IMG/VR virus record: IMGVR_UViG_3300020595_000014
Source: an uncultured virus (IMG/VR IMGVR_UViG_3300020595_000014)
Lineage: Duplodnaviria > Heunggongvirae > Uroviricota > Caudoviricetes
DNA: 64,000 bases
Reading direction: 5' to 3' (one strand)
Of the stretch, positions 41,419-51,127 are shown one piece after another. A model generated the notes under the pieces. The model saw nothing but the letters and a program-made list of their open reading frames with translations. It did no database searches and had not been told where the DNA came from. The translations under genes were made by a program, and so were the position numbers. The number at the start of each line of letters is the position of its first letter. Positions within the stretch are counted from its first letter, which is position 1.

Positions 41419-41673
41419 ATGACTATGACAATATGCGGCTGCGGTCGACCGGTAGAAGAGGCACGAGTAGAGCTCAATCTCAAGAGATGTAAAACGTGTG
41501 CGTTTGCTCTCCCGGATGTAGAGAGACCTAAAGGGGTAATGATATACACTGGAAAAGTCGGCGGGGAGATTGAGATCCACTCAGCTGACTCCTGGAAAGA
41601 GAAGCGTAAATACTATGTACCTAATGGCGCTAGGAGCGCGGTTAAAAACTTTTCGAAAAATCCCTGCGCTTAA
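41419..41673 (+). CDS. C4 zinc-finger protein
   Basis: CGCGRPVEEARVELNLKRCKTC; leaderless after the repeat at 41397. Confidence 0.6.
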   Translation: MTMTICGCGRPVEEARVELNLKRCKTCAFALPDVERPKGVMIYTGKVGGEIEIHSADSWKEKRKYYVPNGARSAVKNFSKNPCA

Positions 41674-41679
41674 AACTAT

Positions 41680-41901
41680 ATGAGGTATACATTAAACGAA
41701 CTAAACTATAAGGAATGGAATAACGCGCTTGACCTATACTTAAAATATAGGAAGCGAAAACCATCAGGTCAGTGGCATGATTGGTATATGGGTAGAGTAG
41801 AACACGTCCAGAAACTCCGTGAAATGGAAGACCGGTTTCCAAACATTGAAGAAAGTGATATTATCGGTGAGTTTGATGTCATTGATGAAAAAGGTGCTTA
41901 A
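41680..41901 (+). CDS. hypothetical protein
   Basis: ORF in co-oriented run. Confidence 0.5.
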   Translation: MRYTLNELNYKEWNNALDLYLKYRKRKPSGQWHDWYMGRVEHVQKLREMEDRFPNIEESDIIGEFDVIDEKGA

Positions 41902-41928
41902 TTATATACGGACACAACACAACTAATA

Positions 41929-42243
41929 ATGAAAATATCAATAGAACATTACGACGATACGATTACAGTGGAGACTAAAAACGATGACCTTACTATCAGC
42001 GAGGTAGTCAGTCATATGTACGGGCTATGCATCGCAGCTGGGTTCGATGCAGATAATGTAGCAGATGCATTTATGGACAAGTCTATAGAATGTGCTCCAT
42101 TACGTAATGCGAGTGACCAGATGCCATTTTTTGAATCGGGTATAGAGCCGTATGACGGGCTACTGCGTGATGATACATCGTTCGAAGTAGAACTGGATAA
42201 AGACTATCGATTTGGTAGTGAATATAAAAATAAAAATATATGA
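41929..42243 (+). CDS. hypothetical protein, paralog of the N-terminus of 42621
   Basis: shared MKI.IE.Y.D and YGLCIAAG motifs. Confidence 0.65.
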   Translation: MKISIEHYDDTITVETKNDDLTISEVVSHMYGLCIAAGFDADNVADAFMDKSIECAPLRNASDQMPFFESGIEPYDGLLRDDTSFEVELDKDYRFGSEYKNKNI

Positions 42244-42461
42244 AAAAGAAGAAATGGCTTATCGATGATAGCGGTAAGGAGGTGATAATCGAAGCGCTGA
42301 CGATGTGGGGCGCTCTGGGCATTCACTTTACAGGTGACCGTTTTGGTTTAAGTAATGAGTGGCAGTTTACAACAACAAAGACAGGTTGGATTCTTGCAGT
42401 AGATGGCGCAGAACGAAAGTTTGGCCGGCAGAAAATTAAACTAAAGGAAATTGAAGATTAG
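42240..42461 (+). CDS. hypothetical protein
   Basis: ATGA overlap with the upstream gene. Confidence 0.5.
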   Translation: MKKKKWLIDDSGKEVIIEALTMWGALGIHFTGDRFGLSNEWQFTTTKTGWILAVDGAERKFGRQKIKLKEIED

Positions 42462-42505
42462 TTACTAATAAATGCAGGTGTGGTGGAATTGGAAAAACAT
42501 TTAAA

Positions 42506-42592
42506 GGTCGTGTGCTGGAATCGGTTTACAGAGCAGTCTTAAAAACTGCTGGGGGTTACCCCATATGGGTTCGAGTCCCATCACGACTACCA
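42506..42592 (+). tRNA. tRNA-Leu(TAA)
   Basis: GGTCGTG/CACGACT, GCAGT-CTTAAAA-ACTGC, long variable arm, GGTTCGAGTCC, CCA. Confidence 0.92.
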
Positions 42593-42620
42593 TGTTTACC
42601 AACTCGAATACTAAAAAATT

Positions 42621-43244
42621 ATGAAAATTACAATAGAAGTTTACGCAGATAAGTTTACATACGAAAGTGAACACGATTCAATGGGGATGAGTGACCTGAC
42701 TGAGAAGTTATACGGTCTATGCATCGCCGCTGGGTATCATCCAGATTCTGTAGGTGAGTGTTTCCTTGAAAAAGGTCGAGAAATGACAGAGCATCTTTAT
42801 CCAAACGATAAAATCGAAGTTGATTTTGATTCTGCTGAAGATGTAGTGTCTTCAGCCGGCCTTCAAAGACTACATTCCAGTTGGGCCAGTGTGCCGGCAC
42901 ATTCCAGTTGGGCAGGATCGCCAACTGAAGATGTAGTGTCTTCAGGTGTCTCTGATCCAATTCAAGGTGAAGAAACAATCTCGATTCTAAGCCGATACAA
43001 TGAGGAACGAAAATTCACTATCATATCTAAGTATTGCGTTGAGTATTCCTTTGAAGATGATGATCATGTTGGAATGTCAATGGACGCTGAAGGCAAGTTA
43101 TCCTCAGTTGATCCAAGTGGTGGGCCATATATTGGTGTAGGTACAAATCTCGGTGATGTGCATAAGGAATTAGAAGGCTTAACTGTTACGGAGATCAAAT
43201 ATAATGATTCGAAAACAGGTGCTTACTATCTTACAGTAAAATAA
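42621..43244 (+). CDS. two-domain hypothetical protein with repetitive linker
   Basis: N-terminus paralogous to 41929; internal DNA repeats. Confidence 0.6.
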   Translation: MKITIEVYADKFTYESEHDSMGMSDLTEKLYGLCIAAGYHPDSVGECFLEKGREMTEHLYPNDKIEVDFDSAEDVVSSAGLQRLHSSWASVPAHSSWAGSPTEDVVSSGVSDPIQGEETISILSRYNEERKFTIISKYCVEYSFEDDDHVGMSMDAEGKLSSVDPSGGPYIGVGTNLGDVHKELEGLTVTEIKYNDSKTGAYYLTVK

Positions 43245-43245
43245 A

Positions 43246-43455
43246 ATGAATGAATACGAAGAAAAAGAAAATGCATGGCAAGAAGCGACTGACAATTGGG
43301 TTAAGTTGACTCTTGAGAAGTATGACAGATTCGAACCTGACGAACTGACTCAAGTCTTTATGCGAGGTCCGTTTGCTGGATGGAGTGAGCGTATGGTTGT
43401 TGAGTTAGCAATGGGTATGGATGACGCAAATAAGAAAGTACCGAGACATAAATAA
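43246..43455 (+). CDS. hypothetical protein
   Basis: ORF in co-oriented run. Confidence 0.5.
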   Translation: MNEYEEKENAWQEATDNWVKLTLEKYDRFEPDELTQVFMRGPFAGWSERMVVELAMGMDDANKKVPRHK

Positions 43456-43457
43456 TT

Positions 43458-43724
43458 ATGAAAGTAAAAATCAAAGCAGAACTAGACGACGAAGCATTTA
43501 AGACTGGAGACTTTATTCAGGAATTGGGTAAGATTCAAGAGGAGTACTTTGATAAGCTTATGGCTAAGGTCGAGAAAGAGAAATGGGTTGAAGGTATGAC
43601 TAAGATCGAAATTCGCGATTGGCTATTTGATTATTGTTTCAATGGTCGGGGTAATGATGAAGCAGGATTCGAAGATACATTCTCAGAGAGTATCAATAAG
43701 TGTCCGAAATATGAGGTGGAGTAA
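43458..43724 (+). CDS. hypothetical acidic protein
   Basis: ORF in co-oriented run. Confidence 0.5.
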   Translation: MKVKIKAELDDEAFKTGDFIQELGKIQEEYFDKLMAKVEKEKWVEGMTKIEIRDWLFDYCFNGRGNDEAGFEDTFSESINKCPKYEVE

Positions 43725-43731
43725 TTATCTT

Positions 43732-44052
43732 TTAATTCTTCGCGTTGTCTGCCGTAATCTCTAAAGTACGAGCGATCTTTTCTACTTCGTCTAAGTGCTT
43801 TTCGATGTACTGTAATCTTAGATTTTGTTCAGCATCTTCAGGTAAGGCACCGAGTTCGCCTCTCGGCCATTTAATACGAAACTCTGTATTCGCTCCAATC
43901 TCTACATCACGAATATTTCGATCGTGCTCGAGCTGAGTAATTCTTGCAGTAACATTAACATAACTAGTGACACTAACCGCTACCATAAAGATTAGTGCTA
44001 AAAGGTTACGAAGTGGTATGTTTATATTGGTGTTTTCGTTTAGATCAACCAT
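43732..44052 (-). CDS. membrane-anchored coiled-coil protein
   Basis: TM segment then coiled coil; TAAATA upstream. Confidence 0.6.
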   Translation of the reverse strand: MVDLNENTNINIPLRNLLALIFMVAVSVTSYVNVTARITQLEHDRNIRDVEIGANTEFRIKWPRGELGALPEDAEQNLRLQYIEKHLDEVEKIARTLEITADNAKN

Positions 44053-44110
44053 GTTAATATTTAGTTGTATATGTATCGCTTTTTGTTAGTATTACCAAAC
44101 TACATCATTT

Positions 44111-44141
44111 AAGACCTCAGCCTTCCAGCTGAGGTTTTTTT
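44111..44141 (+). terminator. rho-independent terminator
   Basis: ACCTCAGC-cttcca-GCTGAGGT followed by a T run. Confidence 0.8.
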
Positions 44142-44170
44142 ATCTATACCCTACCATGCTTACACGTAAT

Positions 44171-44282
44171 ACACAGTGTGTGCTGCAAAGACAATCTACG
44201 CTAACAAGGGGGATCACATTTTATACATAACTACTACACCACGCGATGGAATGCTCATACTAACGCAGGACAGCACATGTGT
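44171..44282 (-). ncRNA. candidate rod-like structured RNA
   Basis: nested helices that pair fully only on the minus strand (G-U pairs). Confidence 0.45.
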
Positions 44283-44356
44283 TAAATATAATAGAGGCAC
44301 CAAAGTTACTAATGTTGTTGTTGCGATAGTGAAAAGCTATATATAAATACATATAT

Positions 44357-44701
44357 ATGAAAATACCAATTATTAATTACATTAGGCGATATTGGCCGCT
44401 TTTACTTGTTCTCGGATTGCTTATCTTTGCATACACTTCCGGAACACTTGCAGTGGCCATGAAGGGCCTTCTGCTTATTCCTATCTTTACTCTTACCGCT
44501 TGTGCTTCTGGCTTACTCCTTCGCAATGTTTATAATAGATCAACGACTGATCGTTACGTTGATGATAAAGAGTGGATCAATAGAGATTGGGACTCACTAA
44601 CACCATGGCAAAGAATTCTTATTACAAAGATCGAAGCTCTAACATACTTTGCTGGCGGGGCACTTATTGCCGCTGGTTTAGTTATAATTATTAATGTATA
44701 A
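44357..44701 (+). CDS. membrane protein (holin candidate)
   Basis: three TM segments; TATAAATA upstream; directly precedes the lysozyme-family gene. Confidence 0.55.
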   Translation: MKIPIINYIRRYWPLLLVLGLLIFAYTSGTLAVAMKGLLLIPIFTLTACASGLLLRNVYNRSTTDRYVDDKEWINRDWDSLTPWQRILITKIEALTYFAGGALIAAGLVIIINV

Positions 44702-45368
44702 GCTCCTTGCATGCCTTGCGTGTCTCCTCCTATTAGCCTTTGCTAACCGCGGGCTAATAGGAGGCCCGACACCACCAAAGAGACATAACCCTCTCACGCA
44801 TCACGAGGAGTTGTGGGATAGTGTTGAGATAAAAGGCTCACAAGTATTTCGAATCGATAAGGCTATCTCACTATATGTCGACAGCAAACCTACGTATGTG
44901 GCTATTGAGAAAATGAGAACTGGAGGGGTACCCTCTGCAGTCGTCTTTGTTTTACATGGTAGAGAGTCCACGTGGAGCTTCAAGAAGCATCTACATGAAG
45001 GGTCACCGCTAACTACAAGGACAAGATGGGTCCCCAAGGGGAGACCTAAGGCTCCACCAGCCAACGGTATGTCTTATACGTTCTTAGAGTCAGCAGAAGA
45101 TGCTCTATATAAGTTAAAAGATCTTGAAAGTATCGATTGGACAATATGTAACGACGCCCTATACAATATTGAGAAGTATAATGGATTAGGCTATCTTAAA
45201 TACAGACCAATACACTCGCCTTACCTATGGGCTGGTACAAACCATTACACTAAAGGTAAATATGTTGCCGATGGTAGGTACTCATCTACAGCTATCGATA
45301 AGCAATTAGGCACATGCGCCATTCTTAAGAGAATGTCGGATAGAGGTATTGATATAGGGTTTAAGTAG
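44694..45368 (+). CDS. lysozyme-family protein (COG5526-like) with N-terminal signal/anchor
   Basis: HGRES, EKYNGLGY, SPYLWAGTNHYTKGKYVADG, DKQLG motifs. Confidence 0.75.
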   Translation: MYKLLACLACLLLLAFANRGLIGGPTPPKRHNPLTHHEELWDSVEIKGSQVFRIDKAISLYVDSKPTYVAIEKMRTGGVPSAVVFVLHGRESTWSFKKHLHEGSPLTTRTRWVPKGRPKAPPANGMSYTFLESAEDALYKLKDLESIDWTICNDALYNIEKYNGLGYLKYRPIHSPYLWAGTNHYTKGKYVADGRYSSTAIDKQLGTCAILKRMSDRGIDIGFK

Positions 45369-45378
45369 TTAAACTCAC

Positions 45379-47007
45379 TTACATCATTCCACTCATGGGT
45401 GAGCCCATTTCATGAGGTGCTTCGGCGCTAGCTGATGTGGGTTCATTTACAATTAAACATTCAGTAGTTAATAGCATTCCGGCGACTGATCCTGCATTCT
45501 GCAGAGCCGATCGCGTTACCTTTGTAGGGTCAACAATACCAGCTTCAAGTAAATCGACGTACTCATCTGTCGCTACATTATAACCTAGTCCTAATTCGAG
45601 AATCTTAAGAACAATTTGCGACCCATCGACGCCAGCATTCTTGCATAGCTGTCTAATTGGAGCCTCAACAGACTTCTCAACTAATCGAGCGCCGATAGCT
45701 TCATCACCTTCAAGGCGAGTAGCTGCCTCAGCAATGGCGCCCTTAGCTTTAAGCAGTGCAGTACCACCACCAGGTACAATACCCTCTTCTACAGCCGCTC
45801 TTGTTGCTGCGAGTGCATCATCGACTCTATCCTTCTTCTCCTTCATTTCAGGTTCTGTTTGAGCACCTACATTAATAACACCAATACCACCCGTTAGTTT
45901 AGCTAACCGCTGTTGTAGTTGATCACGGTCGAAATCAGATCCTGATTGCTTAATCATTTCTTTAATTAGATCGACACGTGCTGCAATAGCTGGTGTATTA
46001 CCTCTACCGTCTACTATAGTGGTAGCTTCGCGAGTGATCGTTACCTTCCGAGCTTTTCCAAGATGTTCGAGTTTAATGTTTTCAAGTCGAAGTGTATCAT
46101 CACCAGTTACAACGGTGCCATCTGTAAGTGCTGCAATATCGTAGAGTGAGTCGCGGCGACGGTCTCCGAACCCGGGTGACTTAACTGCAGCGACGTTCAA
46201 TGTACCTCTTAACTTATTTACAACTAGTGCCGAGAGAGCTTCACCTTCAACATCCTCCGCGAGAATGAGTAGAGGCTGATTCTTCTTAGCAACAAGCTGT
46301 AGCAGTGGTAGTAGTTCATTTAGGTTAGTGATCTTTTTTTCGCATAGCAGAATTAGAGCATTATCAAACGCTACATCCATACTCGCCTCGTTTGTTACGA
46401 AGTGCGGACTAAGATAGCCTCTATCGAATTGCATACCCTCGACAACGTTCAATGTAGTTTCTAACCCAGAGCCTTCTTCTACAGTAATAGTACCGTCACT
46501 ACCTACCTTCTCCATAGCATCAGCGATAATATCGCCAACGTCTTTATCCCAGTTAGCAGATACAGTCGCAATCTGGCGAATGTCATTCATATCTTTAACC
46601 GGCTTGCTAATTGCTTTAATGCTCTCAACAGCTGCAGCTACTCCTTTATCAATGCCTCTTTTAACAAATACCGGGTTAGATCCAGCTGCTACGCTCTTGA
46701 GGCCTTCCTGGTATATTGCCTCGGCAAGTACCGTAGCAGTTGTCGTACCATCTCCAGCACTATTAGCAGTACGGCTGGCGACCTCATGTACCATTTGTGC
46801 GCCCATGTTTTCAAACGGGTCTGCTATAGAAACCTCCTTAGCGACTGAAACGCCATCCTTTGTAACAGCCGGTACACCAAAGGATTTTCCAATCATTACG
46901 TTTCGACCTTTTGGTCCAAGCGTGACCTTTACGGCCTTAGCTAATGTCTTAACACCAGCCAGGATCTTTCTACGACCTTCATCGTCGAATAAAATTTGTT
47001 TACTCAT
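45379..47007 (-). CDS. groEL: chaperonin GroEL
   Basis: [41 protein letters not shown] motifs. Confidence 0.97.
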   Translation of the reverse strand: MSKQILFDDEGRRKILAGVKTLAKAVKVTLGPKGRNVMIGKSFGVPAVTKDGVSVAKEVSIADPFENMGAQMVHEVASRTANSAGDGTTTATVLAEAIYQEGLKSVAAGSNPVFVKRGIDKGVAAAVESIKAISKPVKDMNDIRQIATVSANWDKDVGDIIADAMEKVGSDGTITVEEGSGLETTLNVVEGMQFDRGYLSPHFVTNEASMDVAFDNALILLCEKKITNLNELLPLLQLVAKKNQPLLILAEDVEGEALSALVVNKLRGTLNVAAVKSPGFGDRRRDSLYDIAALTDGTVVTGDDTLRLENIKLEHLGKARKVTITREATTIVDGRGNTPAIAARVDLIKEMIKQSGSDFDRDQLQQRLAKLTGGIGVINVGAQTEPEMKEKKDRVDDALAATRAAVEEGIVPGGGTALLKAKGAIAEAATRLEGDEAIGARLVEKSVEAPIRQLCKNAGVDGSQIVLKILELGLGYNVATDEYVDLLEAGIVDPTKVTRSALQNAGSVAGMLLTTECLIVNEPTSASAEAPHEMGSPMSGMM

Positions 47008-47087
47008 ATATATAGTATTTTATGGGTAAAAATCAAAAAATCAATAGTACACCCTTATATTTTATGGTAAATAACATAAATAATAAT

Positions 47088-47957
47088 ATGGCTAAATTAT
47101 GGACTCCTATTTTCCTACCCTTCGGTTCTTTAACGAACTGGTACGACTCGACTGATACTACTACATTAACTCTCTCAACAGGCGATACAGTTGCAGATTG
47201 GAGAGATAAGAGTTATGATGCTAACAATCTTTCAGAAGCTGATTTTGCTGATTTACCTATTTACGGCACTACAAATATCAATGGCTTATCAACAGTTGAC
47301 TTTGATGGTGGTACTGCTGTTAACTTAGATGATAATAGTGTTAATACACCTACTGATAGTAATTCTAATTTATATATAATATATGTAGGTTTTAATAACA
47401 CATGGACGTCGACATCAACGATGTTTAACTTCACCAACGTAGCCGGCGACAGTATGCTTTTGAGAAATGGCGGCGCGACAACCACACAATTGTTAATAAA
47501 AAAGGGCGCTGCCTTTAATTTAAATACGAATTTAACCAAGCCTAGTGATAACCGAACTGTTATATATACAATCGACTGTACAGATAGTAGTGATGTGACA
47601 CTGGAGCTGAATTACACTAATGCACAAACTAGTCCTCGCAACCTCGCGAACAATCCAGGCTTATATACCAATCTTACATTAGGTGCGCAAAGTATTGATC
47701 TCAATGGTCTTAATGGACAAGCTGGTGAATTTGTTGTTGTACAACAAGCCAACATGACACTTGAAGACAAACAAAAGCTTGAAGGCTATACAGCATGGAA
47801 GTGGGGCCAGGTAGCTAATCTACCAGGTGGCCATCCTTACGAGACTGCAGCACCTACTGTTACTGATGTAGAGTTTAGAAACAAGCTGTACGAAACATCA
47901 ACCGAAGAAGGTTCTTCTAGATTCCGTAGATTGTTCGAACTTGGATTCGTTGGCTAA
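47088..47957 (+). CDS. virion protein, LamG/concanavalin-like
   Basis: WYDSTD, VADWRDKS and QKLEGYTAWKWG motifs; TAAATA upstream. Confidence 0.55.
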   Translation: MAKLWTPIFLPFGSLTNWYDSTDTTTLTLSTGDTVADWRDKSYDANNLSEADFADLPIYGTTNINGLSTVDFDGGTAVNLDDNSVNTPTDSNSNLYIIYVGFNNTWTSTSTMFNFTNVAGDSMLLRNGGATTTQLLIKKGAAFNLNTNLTKPSDNRTVIYTIDCTDSSDVTLELNYTNAQTSPRNLANNPGLYTNLTLGAQSIDLNGLNGQAGEFVVVQQANMTLEDKQKLEGYTAWKWGQVANLPGGHPYETAAPTVTDVEFRNKLYETSTEEGSSRFRRLFELGFVG

Positions 47958-47961
47958 TTGA

Positions 47962-48759
47962 CTACAGTTGATTTATCCAATCAAAGCTCTGTTTTATCTG
48001 CTCTGAGAACTCCTTACCTAAGACGTTATGCCAATCTGGCTTTAACGGCTTGACCACGTTACGGATCTTATGCTCACCGTAAGGCCAACCAAGTTCATGT
48101 TCATCTGTATACTGTTCTACGTTTAGCGGATTGACCTCAAACCTATCCATTTCTAGATAATCCCAGACTGCATTCATTGCTTCGACAGGATTGGCGGTGA
48201 GATCCTCTGCATGGACAAAGTGTAGTTTATCTTTATGTGTTTTTATTGCATCATGCAATCTCTCTACTGCAATACCAAGTGGTGGAGTATTGAGCCATCC
48301 CTGCGACCTCTTCTCAATGGTTGTCCAGTTCTGTGGATTCTGCTTTTCAATACCAACAAATCTTGACGGGTGCTTCATTCTTAGCTTCTCAAAACTAGAA
48401 AGAATGCCTCTTACATCTCTAACTGGCACTAATACTTTAGCATCTGGAAATACTTTATACAATTGATCCAAATGACCAATCCATGATCTGCACTTATCAA
48501 CAACTACTGGTCTATCTGTGTCGCCATCAAATGCGCTTTTAATACCACCTCTAAGGAAATTGTGGTATTGTCTTTCACCATCTAGTGGGTTTTTAAATGT
48601 TTTAAATTCCTCTGTTTCAAAAAAGTCTCTAGCAATATATCCTATTTCATGAACACCAGATGTAGCAGTTGCATGTACCTCAGGGTTTTGTGCTAATAGA
48701 TTTTGAAGAAGAGTAGAGCATGCTCTAGGAAGACCAGATGTGAAATGAACTGTTTTCAT
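47962..48759 (-). CDS. sulfotransferase-family protein
   Basis: SGLPRACSTLLQNLL, VRDVRGILSS motifs; TTGACT-N16-TATAAT upstream. Confidence 0.85.
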   Translation of the reverse strand: MKTVHFTSGLPRACSTLLQNLLAQNPEVHATATSGVHEIGYIARDFFETEEFKTFKNPLDGERQYHNFLRGGIKSAFDGDTDRPVVVDKCRSWIGHLDQLYKVFPDAKVLVPVRDVRGILSSFEKLRMKHPSRFVGIEKQNPQNWTTIEKRSQGWLNTPPLGIAVERLHDAIKTHKDKLHFVHAEDLTANPVEAMNAVWDYLEMDRFEVNPLNVEQYTDEHELGWPYGEHKIRNVVKPLKPDWHNVLGKEFSEQIKQSFDWINQL

Positions 48760-48802
48760 ATACTAGTATTATATATACTAATAATAAAAAGTCAAGAAAG
48801 AA

Positions 48803-49882
48803 TTATGGTATGTTAGGGTAGTTTGCCCAATCTATTACGGTTACTCCAGATTTACCGCCAACTGTTTGACCAGCGCCTAATGTCCAGCCATTGGCTACTG
48901 CGTCATTAGCATAGACTGTGGTTAATCCAGAGTTGTTAAATGCATCACTACCAACGTTTGCTAGTGGCGGCGCTAGATATGCTGTAGTTAAGCCAGAGCA
49001 ATTATAAAAAGCATAAGTCCCAATACTCGTAACACTATTTGGAATCACTAAACTAGTAAAGCCAGAGCAACTATCAAACGCATAATTTCCAATAGTAGTA
49101 ACACTATCTGGAATCACTAAATCACCAGTAAAGCCAGAGCAATCATTAAAAGCATACTGTCCGATAATCGTAACACTATTTGGAATGACTAATGAACCAG
49201 TTAAGCCAGTGCAAAAATCAAAAGCATAACTCCCAATAACCTCTACTGTATTAGGTATACTTAATTCACCCACAACCCCACTTGCCTCAAATGGACCATA
49301 AACGGAGTCGATTGCACCAAGGTTAACAACACTTCCTAAATCTAAAGTAAACTGTGATCCCTGTGTATCGTAAAATATTGGACCATAAATATTCTTACAA
49401 CTATCCAACAAAGTAACACTCTCTATACTACCACAGGCTTCAAACGCACCATACCCATCTGCTGGATCACCGAGGGTCTCCATTTCTATAGTTATATCAG
49501 TGATATTTGTACCATAAAAGGCACCTACGCCAAGGGACAGGGTACTAGGCAGAAATATGCTGCCGGTTATAGGTGTATCAACAAAGGCATAATCCCCTAT
49601 ACTCGTTAAAGTAGAGGGCAGGGGATTAATAGGACCGAGCTCAGTAAGGCTGCTATTATAACCAAAGGCGTAACTACCTATACTTGTGCATGATGTTCCA
49701 ATCTGTAATTGTTTAATGTCACTTTCCTTCTTCCAATCATCAGGTATATCTCCCTGCACTTGACCAATCTCACCATTCGTTGTGCTACTCCAAACAATCG
49801 TAGGTGTTTTAAACTCCTGCTCATCTTGGAGGGTGAGTTCTACTACATTGTTGGTAATTTGTCCTTTGTATGTTTTGCTCAT
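48803..49882 (-). CDS. BspA-type LRR_5 protein
   Basis: LVIPNSVTIIGQYAF repeats. Confidence 0.85.
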   Translation of the reverse strand: MSKTYKGQITNNVVELTLQDEQEFKTPTIVWSSTTNGEIGQVQGDIPDDWKKESDIKQLQIGTSCTSIGSYAFGYNSSLTELGPINPLPSTLTSIGDYAFVDTPITGSIFLPSTLSLGVGAFYGTNITDITIEMETLGDPADGYGAFEACGSIESVTLLDSCKNIYGPIFYDTQGSQFTLDLGSVVNLGAIDSVYGPFEASGVVGELSIPNTVEVIGSYAFDFCTGLTGSLVIPNSVTIIGQYAFNDCSGFTGDLVIPDSVTTIGNYAFDSCSGFTSLVIPNSVTSIGTYAFYNCSGLTTAYLAPPLANVGSDAFNNSGLTTVYANDAVANGWTLGAGQTVGGKSGVTVIDWANYPNIP

Positions 49883-49886
49883 GAGT

Positions 49887-50534
49887 CTATACTAAATCCT
49901 TTATAACTTCTATACCATAAATACCACCAATGTTCTGATTAGTTCCAGCAGTCCATGTACTGTCACTCACTCTAGCATGAATAGTGGCTAAGTTACTTGA
50001 CCCGATAAACACTTCTGTATTTTCATCAATAACTGTTTTAGATATATAACAATTAACATTAGTGAGGTTACTATTTATGCCAAAAGACCAATCTCCTATA
50101 AGCTGAACATTTCTACCTATGGTGAGGTTAGGGCCATATGTACATCCTGCAAAAACAGCAGAATAATCCAAATTATCCCCGATAGTTGTAACACTATCTG
50201 GTATAACTAAGTCACCTGTTATATTAGTTGCAAAATAAAACGCACCGCTTTCAATTGTTGTAACACTGTCTGGAATTACTAATTGGCAGTTGTATCTGTT
50301 GCCACCTAAACTGTTAAAACCGATTTTTGTACAAGATGTACCTAAAACGATTGCTTCACTGTCAGCTCCGTACCCGGCAAACCCACCAGTTGTTGCTTGG
50401 TCTATATCACCAAATATCTGGATAACTTCATTCACCCCAGTATTCTTTGTAATAACAGTAGGTGTGCCAACAGGATCAAGCAAGTTAAGCTCAACTACAT
50501 TATTAGTTACATTGCCTTTAAATAACTTGCTCAT
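49887..50534 (-). CDS. BspA-type LRR_5 protein
   Basis: LVIPDSVTTI repeats. Confidence 0.8.
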   Translation of the reverse strand: MSKLFKGNVTNNVVELNLLDPVGTPTVITKNTGVNEVIQIFGDIDQATTGGFAGYGADSEAIVLGTSCTKIGFNSLGGNRYNCQLVIPDSVTTIESGAFYFATNITGDLVIPDSVTTIGDNLDYSAVFAGCTYGPNLTIGRNVQLIGDWSFGINSNLTNVNCYISKTVIDENTEVFIGSSNLATIHARVSDSTWTAGTNQNIGGIYGIEVIKDLV

Positions 50535-50540
50535 ATTAAA

Positions 50541-51107
50541 TTACCATGTGATTGCCTGTAACTCCACTATAGTAGTTGCGGCAGTGATTTCGTCATTGAT
50601 TGCCTTTTCTCTTGCGAAAGAAGTTTGAATGTGACTTGTGATTGCATCTGCTATTGAAGCAATCAATGTAGCATCAACAGTAATGAATGATCCATCACCG
50701 ATCTTCCAATCAGTAGTGAATGCAGGGTCTGCAACTGCTAGTGAATTTGCTTGATAAATCCTTGCTACTGTAAGTCTATCAGTTCTTACTGGCAAACCAC
50801 CAACATCAATACCTCCGACTTCTACATTGTATCTTTTATCGGCGTAATGATCTCTTGAATGTTTCTTTGCACCATCAATATCTGCGCCAAAGTCTGTGAG
50901 TTGTTGATTGAATCTTTCTGTTTGTTTTTGCTCTCTAAATTCATCTTGTGTCAGTAGAGTACCGTTAACAATAAAGTATGTTTCATCAGAGGCATCAACA
51001 GTAGCTGCATCTGCATCTGAAATTTCGCTATAGTGTGGAGCTTCTGTCGGCTCTACATCTTCTATTCTGCGGATTCGTCCTTGAGGACCTGTGATTGCGT
51101 ATTTCAT
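50541..51107 (-). CDS. DUF4376-like tail-fibre assembly protein
   Basis: RYNVEVGGI..RTDR..WK..DGSF..HIQTSFARE..ELQAITW. Confidence 0.7.
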   Translation of the reverse strand: MKYAITGPQGRIRRIEDVEPTEAPHYSEISDADAATVDASDETYFIVNGTLLTQDEFREQKQTERFNQQLTDFGADIDGAKKHSRDHYADKRYNVEVGGIDVGGLPVRTDRLTVARIYQANSLAVADPAFTTDWKIGDGSFITVDATLIASIADAITSHIQTSFAREKAINDEITAATTIVELQAITW

Positions 51108-51127
51108 TTTTTTGTTTTAGTTAAAAT

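Noticed and set aside
44300..44330. Minus-strand CGCAACAACAACA (and AAC runs at ~35036 and ~59782) as the DGR template repeat
   Set aside because: Flanks do not match the invariant VR bases (CGCGGCGGC..TGG, GGTTTTCGTGTC)
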